DNA of 64,000 nucleotides from Selaginella moellendorffii (lineage: Eukaryota; Plantae; Lycopodiophyta): assembly GCF_000143415.4 (NCBI RefSeq), contig NW_003314340.1:124001-188000 (forward strand), read 5' to 3'. The translations under genes and the position numbers were made by a program. How positions within the stretch are numbered: the first letter of the stretch is position 1; every line of letters begins with the position of its first letter. The notes beneath the pieces were generated by a model that was not told the DNA's origin, ran no database searches, and saw nothing but the letters and a program-made list of their open reading frames with translations. Positions 24,031 to 35,560 of this stretch are shown here, in pieces.

Positions 24031-25865
24031 GCCTAAAACAATTGTCTTCTAAACCCTGGGGGTTCAATAAGTTTCTATGGGATAATAAAGGGAGAATTCC
24101 AATGATAGTGGGGCTAAGGAAGGTTAGTGTGACTAAGGGAGGTTACACCCATATGATGGGTGATAATAAAATCATTGAAGTCCAAAGTTAGAATGAATAT
24201 ATATGGACAAGTGAGGCGACTTGATAAAGTGTTTAAAACCTAACTTTAGCTCCCTTGGGAGATTAAATGGTTGATGTTCCTAATCCAAGTGTAGGTAGCA
24301 TTACCTACTTAGATACCTTATATAACTCATCAAAACCTCACTCTAACCATATGGCTTAGGCACTCTAGTGGCAAAAGGTGGAGGGGAGTACCCATAAGGC
24401 TCATATTAGGCTACAGTGTTTTGAAATATCATCCCAAAATCTTAGACTATGGAAAGAAAGAGGAATGGTCCTCTTAATTAGTAACTAAGGGTTTAATTAT
24501 ATGGTGAGGAAATCTTAGAGGTCGTAGAGTAAAATTTAGTGGATAAACATTCATGGCCTAGAGCAATAGTGGTGTTTGCAAAAACTACCATGGAGAAGAG
24601 GGATTTAATGAGAATCAAAGAAGGGATATTAGGAAATAGTGTTTCCCCATGTCTTGAGGCATCTTAAGGATGCTAAAGTGTGGTCAACACTTATAGACAA
24701 ATGGTCTAGTATTGGAAAGACAAGACTGTAGTGCAAGTGGTCTTGGACTACTAATGAGATAATAAAAATAGATATAACCTTAGTGTAAGAGGTTAGTATA
24801 TTAATGGTATTTTTAGGTATCTAAAGTGGGATTTAATATGTAAAGCACTTGGACTTAAGGAGTAAATCTTAGGTTTGAAAAGTACCATAATACCTAGATA
24901 TTGCTAGCCAAAAATAAGGCCATTAGTGAGTTGTAGATTAGGAGGTGGAAAAGTGCCTTCAAACTCATTTCAATTTGAAGTGAGAAGTATGAGCTTTTCT
25001 TTAGGGCTTTTTGATACTCATCAAGCAAATTACACTTGGGGAGGGAAGGGCCCTAGTATGTAGTAAAGATCCAATAGAGGAGTCATCAAATGAATAGGAG
25101 GTTGAGGATAAAAAGCCTCTATCATTGAAGTGAAAGGAGGTGGAAAGCTTGTAAGCCCTCACATAAAAAGAAGCTAAGACAAAACACTGCCAAGATTAAA
25201 ACTATTATCTAAGAGAAATAGGAGGAGAACAATGAATTTGAGTTTCTAGAAGAAGACTAGTCTTTAGGAGTATCAAGTGCAACAATGGCATTTTTATAAC
25301 TGAGCCCTTAAAAGGTAGAAAGAGTAGTGTTGTGAAGTAATGCCCTTGGAAGAAGCATTTAAGGAAATTCCAAAAATGCCTATACCACCACTCAAGTTAT
25401 AGGGCAATGGTTTGAGGACTTCACTCTACTTCCTTAGAACTATATAAAATCTCACTATCAAAGACTTGGCTAAAGTGAAGTAGTCAACCTTAACAAAGGC
25501 CTCTTGGATGGGTTAGGAGCACTCCCCTCTAAAGTTTCCTTCTTAAAAGATGAGTATAATTGTGCTATTAAAGGTTATAAAACAACAATGCTCATGGTAC
25601 AAGGTTTTGAGGTAAATGATAAGATAGGTGGCATAGAGGATCTTTTCTAATGATGCTTGGGAGGGATTTGCAATTGGGTATTTATAGTTGGAATGCAACA
25701 TCATAGAGTCATACTAAGGGTGACATAACTAGTATATTAACTAGTATTTGTGCCTTCATGAGGTTAGGTTGGGCCTCTTGTGCTTTAAAGTTTTTACTAG
25801 AAGTTGTGTTTAAAAATTGTGCCTTAGGTTGGGATCTTTTTGTGTCTTTGATAGTATGAAAGGAG

Positions 25866-25867
<2 letters not shown>

Positions 25868-25914
<47 letters not shown>
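25868..25914. repeat. Compound microsatellite (GT)n(GA)n
   Basis: Seen directly. Confidence 0.95.
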
Positions 25915-27261
25915 TTTAACACTGGCAATGCATTTTTTTCCTGGTTGGGTCTCTTAGTTGAAGTTTGTATAAGTTGTATTGATGCCTTAGCGGCTCTTCT
26001 AGGGCTATATGCAAGTAAGATCAATACTCAAGGCTTGGTGGAGCCTTAGCAAATATTTCTACAATTTCCAAGTTGAGTTGTCAGGCTAATGATATGTGGA
26101 CTAGTTGTGATGAGTTCAATCATTCACCTCTTAGTATTAGAAGAATTTGTGCAGAATATGGCAAAATACATGTATTTACTTAGGATCTTTAATTAGGATA
26201 AATCAAGCTAGATTTAGAATTTGATTGTTTCGGAAATGCAGGAGCTACTAGAGATGTTATGGCATGTAAGACCTTGATATTGTGAGCTCATAAGGATTTT
26301 CTTTTTGGACCTAAACATCCAAATTGGGTTGATATAGATGAGGAGTGTGCATGCGAGTCACTAATATATAGCAGTTTGCAAGTACTTGGCACACATCTAT
26401 AATAGAGGGGTCTCTAGTAGCAGGAATAGTTTTTGGTGAATTGCACTAAAGCTTAGAGAAACTAAAGAGGGCCCAAGCAGTAGTAGAAGATTATCATGAT
26501 CTGAGCCAAGCTGACTAAAGTAGATTTCAAAAGTGGGGAATTTAAAGGGACTTTGTTCAACACTACGTGACAATTTTGTGTCATTCCATTAACGTCAAGT
26601 TGGTTTTGCAAGGCAAGAATGAGGATTTTTGGAGCAGCAAGAGGTGGTAGAGGCTAAAATTGAAGATCATTTGGAATGCTTGATAACATTCTTAACTTTG
26701 AAGGTGAGTGGGAATTGTTATCTATTGTGGAATATAAAGATCTAGATGGATCTAAAGACATGAGAGCAGCATTGTTGAACAATCAAGGAAGTGAAATGCT
26801 CGTAAATAGTAAATAGCAAGAGGTTTATAATTAACAACTAAAAAAGTTATAAGGGGTTGTAAGTGATTGAAGTTTCCATTCTACTTTAATCACTTAACCA
26901 TACCTTTGACCACTTTGAGGAGTCTCACTCACAACAATTGTAAATTTTTATTATGACTTGGGGTGCTTGCTAACCTCAGATGTATTCTCATAATCAAATT
27001 GACTTTGCATGTGGAGCAGTTGAAAAAGGGTGGAAAAGGTAATTTGCCCTTTTTCACCTTTCTTTTCTCTACTTGTCAAGATTATTATGTAAATCTTGAG
27101 TCTCAATTATAAACACAAAATAAATAAGGCAGCAACATGAAACACAACTTTCCTCCTTCCTCCTCCTCTTCTCTTCTCTTGAAAGAAGCTTTTTCACCTT
27201 TAAATCTTGATTTCTCTTAAATAGTTGGGAGTTTTTTTTATTCCTTCAACAAGGAGCTTAT

Positions 27262-30200
27262 TGTAAGCCACAAATTTTTCCTTTCCACTTTGCCAGCTTA
27301 CCTCGCCTATCCGTCCAACACTGCCTTGGCTTTTGCTAAGTTCCCTCGCCAAGGTTCTCGCCTATGGTACCAGCTCCTACTTGGTTTCAGCTACTCACTG
27401 CACGAGCAATGGAGTGTTAGCCATCCTTCCACGGATTCCCAAATCACTCCCAATCCCCCTCCCCGGGTTAGACTGGACTTAAGGTTCGGCTACACTCCCC
27501 ACAAGCACAAGCAGCCAAGCACACCAAGCTTCCAGGTTCCTAACATCCCTTGGTACCACAAGACTTGATCATGGGACCCTCTAAATCCCAAGTCTTGAGT
27601 GCAACACTTGCTTCGGGACGCCGGGGCGAAACACCGTGGCCTAGCGGCCCGGTATGGGTACCTCTCGCCCCCCACTTCCATCCCGAAGGAAGGCCCAAGC
27701 CCCTAGGAAGGGCGAGGACCAATGAGCTGCATGGTACTCAAGTGGGGCACCACTCCACATGAGCCGGAAGCACCGCAATCGGTTTCCCTTTCGGGAGTGG
27801 GAGCTGCTCTTGAGCACTTCCTTGGATGGCCCCTCCGGCACCAGCCAAGTCCATGCTCACTCCCACCCAAGGCCCCTCGGTCCCAGTCCCAACCTCAAGT
27901 TGGTTTGGAAGCCCAACTGGAGAGCCCCTTCTAAACTGGTTCCTGGACCTCACTATCCCTACTATACTTTTGGAACCCCCTGCAGCCCCCCCCCCCCCCC
28001 CTGGGAGACGCACGCTTTGGGCTTTCACCCCTTGACCCGTATTAGTATTTGGACTTAGTCTCTGGCTCGATCTCGGACCCGATTTCGGATCCGACTTCGG
28101 ATTCGGGTTCGGACTCGATCACGGACTCGATCTCGGACCCGATCTCGGACCCGACCTCGGACTCGACCTCGGACTCGGTCTTGGACCCGATTTCGGATCT
28201 CGGACTCCGTCTCGAACTCGGTCTCGAACTCGGACTCGAACTCGGTCCCCGAGTCGGTCTCGAACTCGATTCCGGACTCTATCTCGAACTCGGTCCTAGA
28301 GTCGGTCTTGGACTCGATCCTCGACTTGGTCCCATCCGATGAACTCTTTGTCATTTCGGTCAAGCTTTTTGGGGATCCTTTAGCCTACGACATCTCGGGG
28401 AGTTGGTTCCTTACAACTCCACCACCCATAGAAGAAGTTCGATGCCCACATCGAACGTCTCGTTTTATCCTACGACTTGTTGTCCATGTCTCCGGGGGCA
28501 TCCCCTCACTTAGCGGTGTGCCTAAGTTAGCCTCCCCGGCCAAGAGCCCATGACAACGGAATATAGGTGTCCCTATACTCCTCACCTCACCACGCCCTAG
28601 TATGGGTTCGGGACTTGAACCCAGCCTTGCTTTACTAGGGGGTTGGGACTCGAACCCAACCTCCGTAGAATACGTCTACGGATTCGACATCCCCGCGGGG
28701 AGTCGGGCGTAGTGCCCTACACCTGGTCGACCTATCCAACCCATGCTAATTAGCTTACCTTTGGCGCGCCTTCGGGTCCCAACATATGCCACTTGCTCAA
28801 CTTTGCAAATTGATATTTTTAATTGAATTTTGCATAAGTACATAGAGTTCTGCCTTGCAGAAATTCCTCCACTAGATCTCGCGCGTTCGCTAGGTTCTCC
28901 TCCGGTTCCCATGTTGCTTCGCAGTGCGGAAATCCTTTCCACTTCACATGGAACTCTCTCACCTCGCGTCCTTGTCGCTTGCTCTTGCGCGCATTGAGGA
29001 TGGCCTCGACTTCGTATTCCTCTTCCCCTTGGATAACCTCAGGTAAAGGTCTCACTTGGTCCTTGCGAAGCGGATCCTCAAAGTACGGCTTGAGTAAGTT
29101 CACATGGAACACTGAGTGCATCTTCCCCATCTCTCGAGGAAGTCGGAGTTGGTAAGCCACTTTACCGATTCGTGCCTCAATCTCGTAAGGCCCCGCGAAC
29201 CTGCTTAAGGAACTCAAGATCAATTCATTTACAGGAATACATGCATTTTTACCTTTGGGTCAACTTTCGGCTGATCCCACTTGGTAGCCTGAGGTTCTTG
29301 GTGTTCAGCCACACCTTCTCCCCAGCTTGGAACTCTACATCTCGACGCTTTAGGTTCGCGTACTTGGTTTGCCTTTGTTGAGCCCGTTCCAAGGAATCCC
29401 TCACTAGATTCCAAATGTTGAGTCTTTCCACCGTGAATGCCTCCACTGCGGGTAACTCTCCATGATACTCGGCCACGCCGAGTTCCACAGGACCTTCAAT
29501 AGCTCGCCCATTGATGACTTCCCATGGACTCACCCCGATACTCGAATGTGGTGAGTTGTTATAACACATTTCCGCAAGTCCCAAATGACTTACCCAATCG
29601 GTCTGGTCTCCCGAGACATAGCATCGCAAATAATCCTCCAGCTGCCTATTCACCCTTTCCGTTTGTCCGTCTGTCAGGAAGTGTTAGTGCCAACAACTTG
29701 ACTCAATACCCCATACCTGTCTGTGGGTGATAGGCTGTGCTGAATTTCAACTTGGTGCGATACTGTTCCAGGAGAGTCCTCTAGAACCTACTGGTGAAGA
29801 TCTTATCTCGATCTGAGATGATCTCTTCCGGTCTTCCCCGCACTCGAACCATTTGTTCGAAGAACAGCTTTGCCACACCTTCCGCATCCACCTCTGTTGT
29901 GGTGGGTATGAAGTGTGCCATTTTCGAAAATCGGTCCACCACCACGAATATCGCATCAAACCCCTCACTTGGGGGGAGTCCCGTGATGAAGTCCATCGTA
30001 AGACATTTCCACGGGCAATCTGGAATTGGGATGCTATGCAACAAGCCCCCACTAGCCTTGGTCACGGCTTTTACCTGCTGACATGTTGGACATGTCTTTA
30101 CATAGTCTTGGACGTCCTTAGCCATATCTGGCCAATGGTTCTTCCTTTTGAGTAAGCCCATCGTCTTGGGCACTCCACCGTGTCCCGCAAGAGGTCCGTC

Positions 30201-33200
30201 ATGACACTCTTCTAAGGCCACCTTCCTTAGTTCCCCTTCTGGAACATACACCCTCGTTTGCTTGTAATAAATGAGTCCGTTGCGTTCTGCATAGCCCGTT
30301 TTCTCTTCCGTTGGCAACTCACCTCTCTGGTGAGCTTCCCGCGCCTCTAGATTCCTCAGCAACACTTCCTGTGCTAGACCATCATTCTCATATGCTGTCC
30401 GCACATCGTCCCAGAAGGTTGCTGTTGCGCTGGATATTGCCAATTTCAAGCTCGCTTTTCGACTTAGCGCATCCGCCACGATGTTGCTCTTCCCAGGCTT
30501 GTACAGAATTTCGCAATCAAACTCGGCCAAGGTATTGGCCCACCGACCTTGTTTCCCTCTTAGGTCGGGCTGTGACAAGAAGTGTTTCGTTGCCACATTG
30601 TCCGTGTAAACCTTGAAGTGTCTCCCAAGGTAGTGTCGCCACTCCTTGAGTGCCTTGACCACCGCAAAAAATTCCTTCTCATGGGCAGGCCACTTCCGTT
30701 GAGCCTTGTCCAGCTTCTTCGAGAAGAACGCTACCGGATGGTTGTCTTGCTTCAGAACTGCGCCCAACGCAAAGTCCGAAGCATCCGTTTCTACCTCAAA
30801 GTCCTTACCAAAGTCTGGCAATGCCAATACGGGAGCCTTCCTCAACTTCCCTTTGAGGTGGACGAATGCCGCCTCGCATTCCGCTGTCCACACCATCTTC
30901 CCTTTTCCTGTTTGGTCCGTTAAGGGCAGGGCTACTCTCGAATAGTGTCTGATAAACTTTCGATAGTAGTTGCATAGCCCCAGGAATGCCCTCAACTCAT
31001 GTACATTGGATGGTCGCTCCCATTCCTGGATCGCTTGGACCTTCTCCGGGTCCACCTTGAGCCCGTCCTGGCCCACCACATGCCCGAGAAACTTTACCTC
31101 TTGTTGAGCAAAGTCACATTTGCTCTCTTTAGCATAAAGTTTGTGTTCCCTTAGTTTCTCAAACACCTTCGCCAAGTGTTCGGCATGCTCCTCTAGCGTC
31201 TCGCTATAGATCATGATGTCGTCAATATAGACGACCACGAAGTGATCCAGATAGGGTACAAAGATGTGGTTCATCAACGCCGAAAACGTTGCCGGCGCAT
31301 TGCACAGCCCAAAGGGCATCACTAGAAACTCAAAGCTCCCATACCTTGTTCGACAGGTTGTCTTCTCGACATCTTCCTCAGCTACCCTGATCTGGTAGTA
31401 TCCTGACCTTAGGTCAATCCTCAAGAAGTATTTTGCCTTTCCCAACCTATCGAACAGGTCCTCAATCCTTGGCAAAGGGTACTTGTTCTTCTTGGTATAT
31501 TTGTTGAGCAACCGGTAATCTATGCACATGCGCATAGATCCATCTTTCTTTTTCACAAATAACACCGGCGCCCCATACGGCGACTTGCTCAACCTAACAT
31601 ACCCTTTGTCCACCAACTCCTCTAGTTGGCACTTGAGCTCCTTGAGTTCTTTTTCGTTCAAACGATAAGGGGGACAAACCACTGCCTCAGCACCCTCGAC
31701 CAGCTCAATCTTATGTTCTATCGGTCGTGCTGGGGGTAACCCCGCCGGTAGCTCCTCCGGCATGGTATCCTGGAATTGGTCCAACACTCGCTGGATCACT
31801 AAAGGCACTTCTTCCGTTCTTGTCTTTTTGTCACTCTTCACCGAGAGTAAGCACAAAAAGGCTGCCTTAGTTCCTTTAGTGAGTTGTCCTCTCGTGGACA
31901 CCAGGTTTAAGCAGGATTCTTTGGCCTTGCTTTGCCCTACCTTTAGATCCTGGGCTTCCACCCTAGATCTTCTTCCTTGGGCATTCGCCAGTACCACAAG
32001 GTTCCTACCTTGTCCATGTAGGGCTACCACGAACCGATTGAACCAATCCATTCCGAAGATCACGTCAAATCCCGCCATGTCCAACACGGTGAAATCCATG
32101 TCTACCTTCCATGTCCCTACTTCGACTTTCGCTTGTCGAAGTACCTCATCAGTGCTTTGGCTACCTTGAACAAACTCTATAGTCCTTGGTTCGCCTAGCC
32201 GCTGCACCGTTAGTCCGGCTTGCCGGACTATGTCTGCAGCCACAAAATTATCCGAAGCACCCGTGTCAATAAGGATCTTAACAAAGCTACCTCCGAGCTT
32301 CCCTCGGAGGGCTAGTAGATGTCGCGAACGACTCTCTACCAAAGTTGCTCGTGTAATGAGTAACTTTGAGTTAGGGACTGGATCACATACCTCATTTTGG
32401 ACTTCACCCGACTTGATGGCCATATTGGCTCTGGCCTTCTTCGGGTAGGGACATTCCCTCGAAAAGTGTCCCGCTTCACCGCAGTTGTAGCATACGTTGT
32501 TTCCCACGCTGCTATATGACTTGACCTTCTTATCCGTGGGTTTGTCTCTTTTCGCTTGACTCCCCCACGTACTTGCTCGCTGGCCACCGGATTTGCCTTT
32601 CCGGAGTCCCGAGGACTCATTCTTAGAGAAACTCTTCTTGAATTTCCCCCTACTATATGTTCCCCTCGGTTTGGCCCCTTTGTGAAACGTGGATCCCGAC
32701 CCCGTCGTGTTCCCCTTTCGCAGGTTATCGTTGAAATGCACCTTGATGGCCGCATCCAACGCTTCCTTGTAGTTGGTCGGGTTCCAGCGCATCACCTCAC
32801 CGCGAGCCCAGGTTTGCAAACCTGATATAAAGGCATGGAACGCATCCATATCCCCCATGTCTGTGACAAGTATTCTCTTTGCCATGAACCCATTCACATA
32901 TTCCTGGATGGTTCCAGTCTGCTTCAGCCTACTCAGCTCATCTCTCAGATGCAGAGTGGCATTCGGAGGAATGTATGTCGCGCGGATCCTCGCCTTCATC
33001 ATGTCCCAGGTGGCCACTGGTCCTTCGTTGGCCTCCGTTGTTCTCCACCAAGACTTGGCATTATCTGCCAAGTATGGTTTTGCACATGGGACCTTCTCCG
33101 AGCTCGGTAACCGTAGCGCTCGGAAGTAGTCCTCCATATCGTAAAACCAATCCTCCACAACCTTATAGTCGTTCACTCCCTTGAACACCGGTGGGGGCTT

Positions 33201-34764
33201 TGGTTTGTACTTGGGAACTGCCTGAGGGACTGATTCCACTTCGGTCTGTTCGACCTTGTCTGGTTTTGCCTCAGTCCCTGCCGAAGGGTCCGCACCTTCT
33301 GCGCTGCCTTCATCCGCAGTCTTTCGCTTTTTCTTCCGCTTCTCGTCACGCTTTAACTTGCGTACGAGAGTCTCCAGCAGGGCATTGGTCTGTGCCAACT
33401 GTCCTTCTAGCACGTCCAATCGAGCCTTGGACGACCGAACCTCGCCACCGGACTCCTGTTTGGAAGTTTCCTCACTAGAGTCCTCCTCATGCAAGGATTC
33501 CTCATCCATAGCCTCTTGTTCAACCGGAGGCTCCAGCTCCGGCGGAGGTTCTGTCTCCGCCTGGGTTCGCTTACGCCCTGCCCTTGCCATCTCCCAGCAA
33601 TCCGCCTCTATCCTTCGCTAGAACTGAGATAAAGGCTCCGATACCAAATTGTAAGCCACAAATTTTTCCTTTCCACTTTGCCAGTTTACCTCGCCTATCC
33701 GTCCAACACTGCCTTGGCTTTTGCTAAGTTCCCTCGCCAAGGTTCTCGCCTATGGTACCAGCTCCTACTTGGTTTCAGCTACTCACTGCACGAGCAACGG
33801 AGTGTTAGCCATCCTTCCACGGATTCCCAAATCACTCCCAATCCCCCTCCCCGGGTTAGACTAGACTTAAGGTTCGGCTACACTCCCCAAAAGCACAAGC
33901 CGCCAAGCACACCAAGCTTCCAGGTTCCTAACATCCCTTGGTACCACAAGACTTGATCATGGGACCCTCTAAATCCCAAGTCTTGAGTGCAACACTTGCT
34001 TCGGGACGCCGGGGCGAAACACCGTGGCCTAGCGGCCCGGTATGGGTACCTCTCGCCCCCCACTTCCATCCCGAAGGAAGGCCCAAGCCCCTAGGAAGGG
34101 CGAGGACCAATGAGCCGCATGGTACTCAAGTGGGGCACCACTCCACATGAGCCGGAAGCACCGCAATCGGTTTCCCTTTCGGGAGTGGGAGCTGCTCTTG
34201 AGCACTTCCTTGGATGGCCCCTCCGGCACCAGCCAAGTCCATACTCACTCCCACCCAAGGCCCCTCGGTCCCAGTCCCAACCTCAAGTCGGTTTGGAAGC
34301 CCAACTGGAGAGTCCTTTCTAAACTGGTTCCTGGACCTCACTATCCCTACTATACTTTTGGAACCCCCTGCAGCCCCCCCCCCCCTGGGAGACGCACGCT
34401 TTGGGCTTTCACCCCTTGACCCATATTAGTATTTGGACTTAGTCTCTGGCTCGATCTCGGACCCGATTTCGGATCCGACTTCGGATTCGGGTTCGGACTC
34501 GATCACGGACTCGATCTCGGACCCGATCTCGGACCCGACCTCGGACTCGACCTCGGACTCGGTCTTGGACCCGATTTCGGATCTCGGACTCCGTCTCGAA
34601 CTCGGTCTCGAACTCGGACTCGAACTCGGTCCCCGAGTCGGTCTCGGACTCGATTCCGGACTCTATCTCGAACTCGGTCCTAGAGTCGGTCTTGGACTCG
34701 ATCCTCGACTTGGTCCCATCTGATGAACTCTTTGTCATTTCGGTCAAGCTTTTTGGGGATCCTT
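27262..34764 (-). mobile_element. Young Ty3/gypsy chromovirus (Tcn1-like by inference)
   Basis: 3' LTR 27262-28415 and 5' LTR 33650-34764 (outer ~35 bp missing) differ by about a dozen substitutions plus poly-C length. PBS TGGTATCGGAGCC at 33646-33634 and PPT GGGTGGTGGAGT at 28427-28416. Both LTRs hold a TCGGAC/TCGAAC hexamer array. Confidence 0.95.
28819..33590 (-). pseudogene. Gag-PR-RT-RH-IN-chromodomain polyprotein; two intron-like inserts in the integrase and one premature stop
   Basis: Motifs: CCHC knuckle [14 protein letters not shown], protease LIDTGAS, RT YIDD, RH ETDASD, IN HHCC and MDF/SDRD, chromodomain YEVEAIL..FHVKWKGF..TWEP. TAG at 29783-29781 replaces a Trp (FTSRF*). Removing 29671-29716 and 29201-29252 restores the frame. 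Confidence 0.93.
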
Positions 34765-34769
34765 GGATT

Positions 34770-35560
34770 GACTAAGAATTTTGGCACAAAATTTCACAAG
34801 ATGATAGCTAGGGGGATTGTTTACATCCCCTCAGAAGCTCAACTCAAGATCTAACATAAACTTTACTAAGGTTTTTTTAGGGCATGGGGACTAAAGGTTG
34901 GAGGATCTTTAATGCTAGTGTTATGGAAACATAGCTCAGCAATGGAGAGATTGCCTTCTTTGTTAGATAATTTGAAAGCTTCACTCTTGGCATATTAAGA
35001 ATATTTCTTATAGACAAACGTGAGGAGACTTTAAGGGATTTTTGGATCTAATGCAAGGATTTCTACCATAATTGGGGCTAGTGGTAGATAAAGGTGATTC
35101 AATGTTACATGTGTAAGGGATCTATATATTTCTTTTCCAATGCCTATTTTGAAGTAAATGAAGTTTATGGCATTTCTCTAGTCCTTATAGTAAGGCTAGG
35201 ACTCTTTCGAAGATGAGCTAACACACTTGTCTCGTATGGGAGGAAAAGTAGTACACTCTAGCCTTGAGTTGAAGGACATTCACACCTTGCATGGAGCTAT
35301 GAATTAGAGTTTAATTGTGATTGGACACTATTTTGGCACCAAAAGCACATTGGTGGTGAAGCACTATATGGCAAATCTCACAAGTCATAGAGCGTAGCAA
35401 GTGGCTTCAAGTTTCACAGTCGAGTTATCTAGGAGGCAAACAACCCAAGAATAGCATTGGGAATTTATACTTGTAATTTTGCTAATTGCTCTTTGTGAGA
35501 TTGCACTCTCAATATTGTTTTAGTCTCTTTGGGATATAGAGTAATATACATATATATAAC
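34770..35560 (+). mobile_element. LINE 3' fragment
   Basis: 35200-35550 is similar to the reverse complement of ~17580-17930 (DWTLFWH-coding region). Confidence 0.6.

Noticed and set aside
28049-28363. SDPIS/ETESE/RVRD repeat ORFs (also ~20644-21050 and 34433-34747)
   Set aside because: Translations of the LTR hexamer array in several frames.
28790-28855. Third intron after the chromodomain
   Set aside because: An AT-rich stretch ends in AG, but the donor is ambiguous and no conserved motif is restored.
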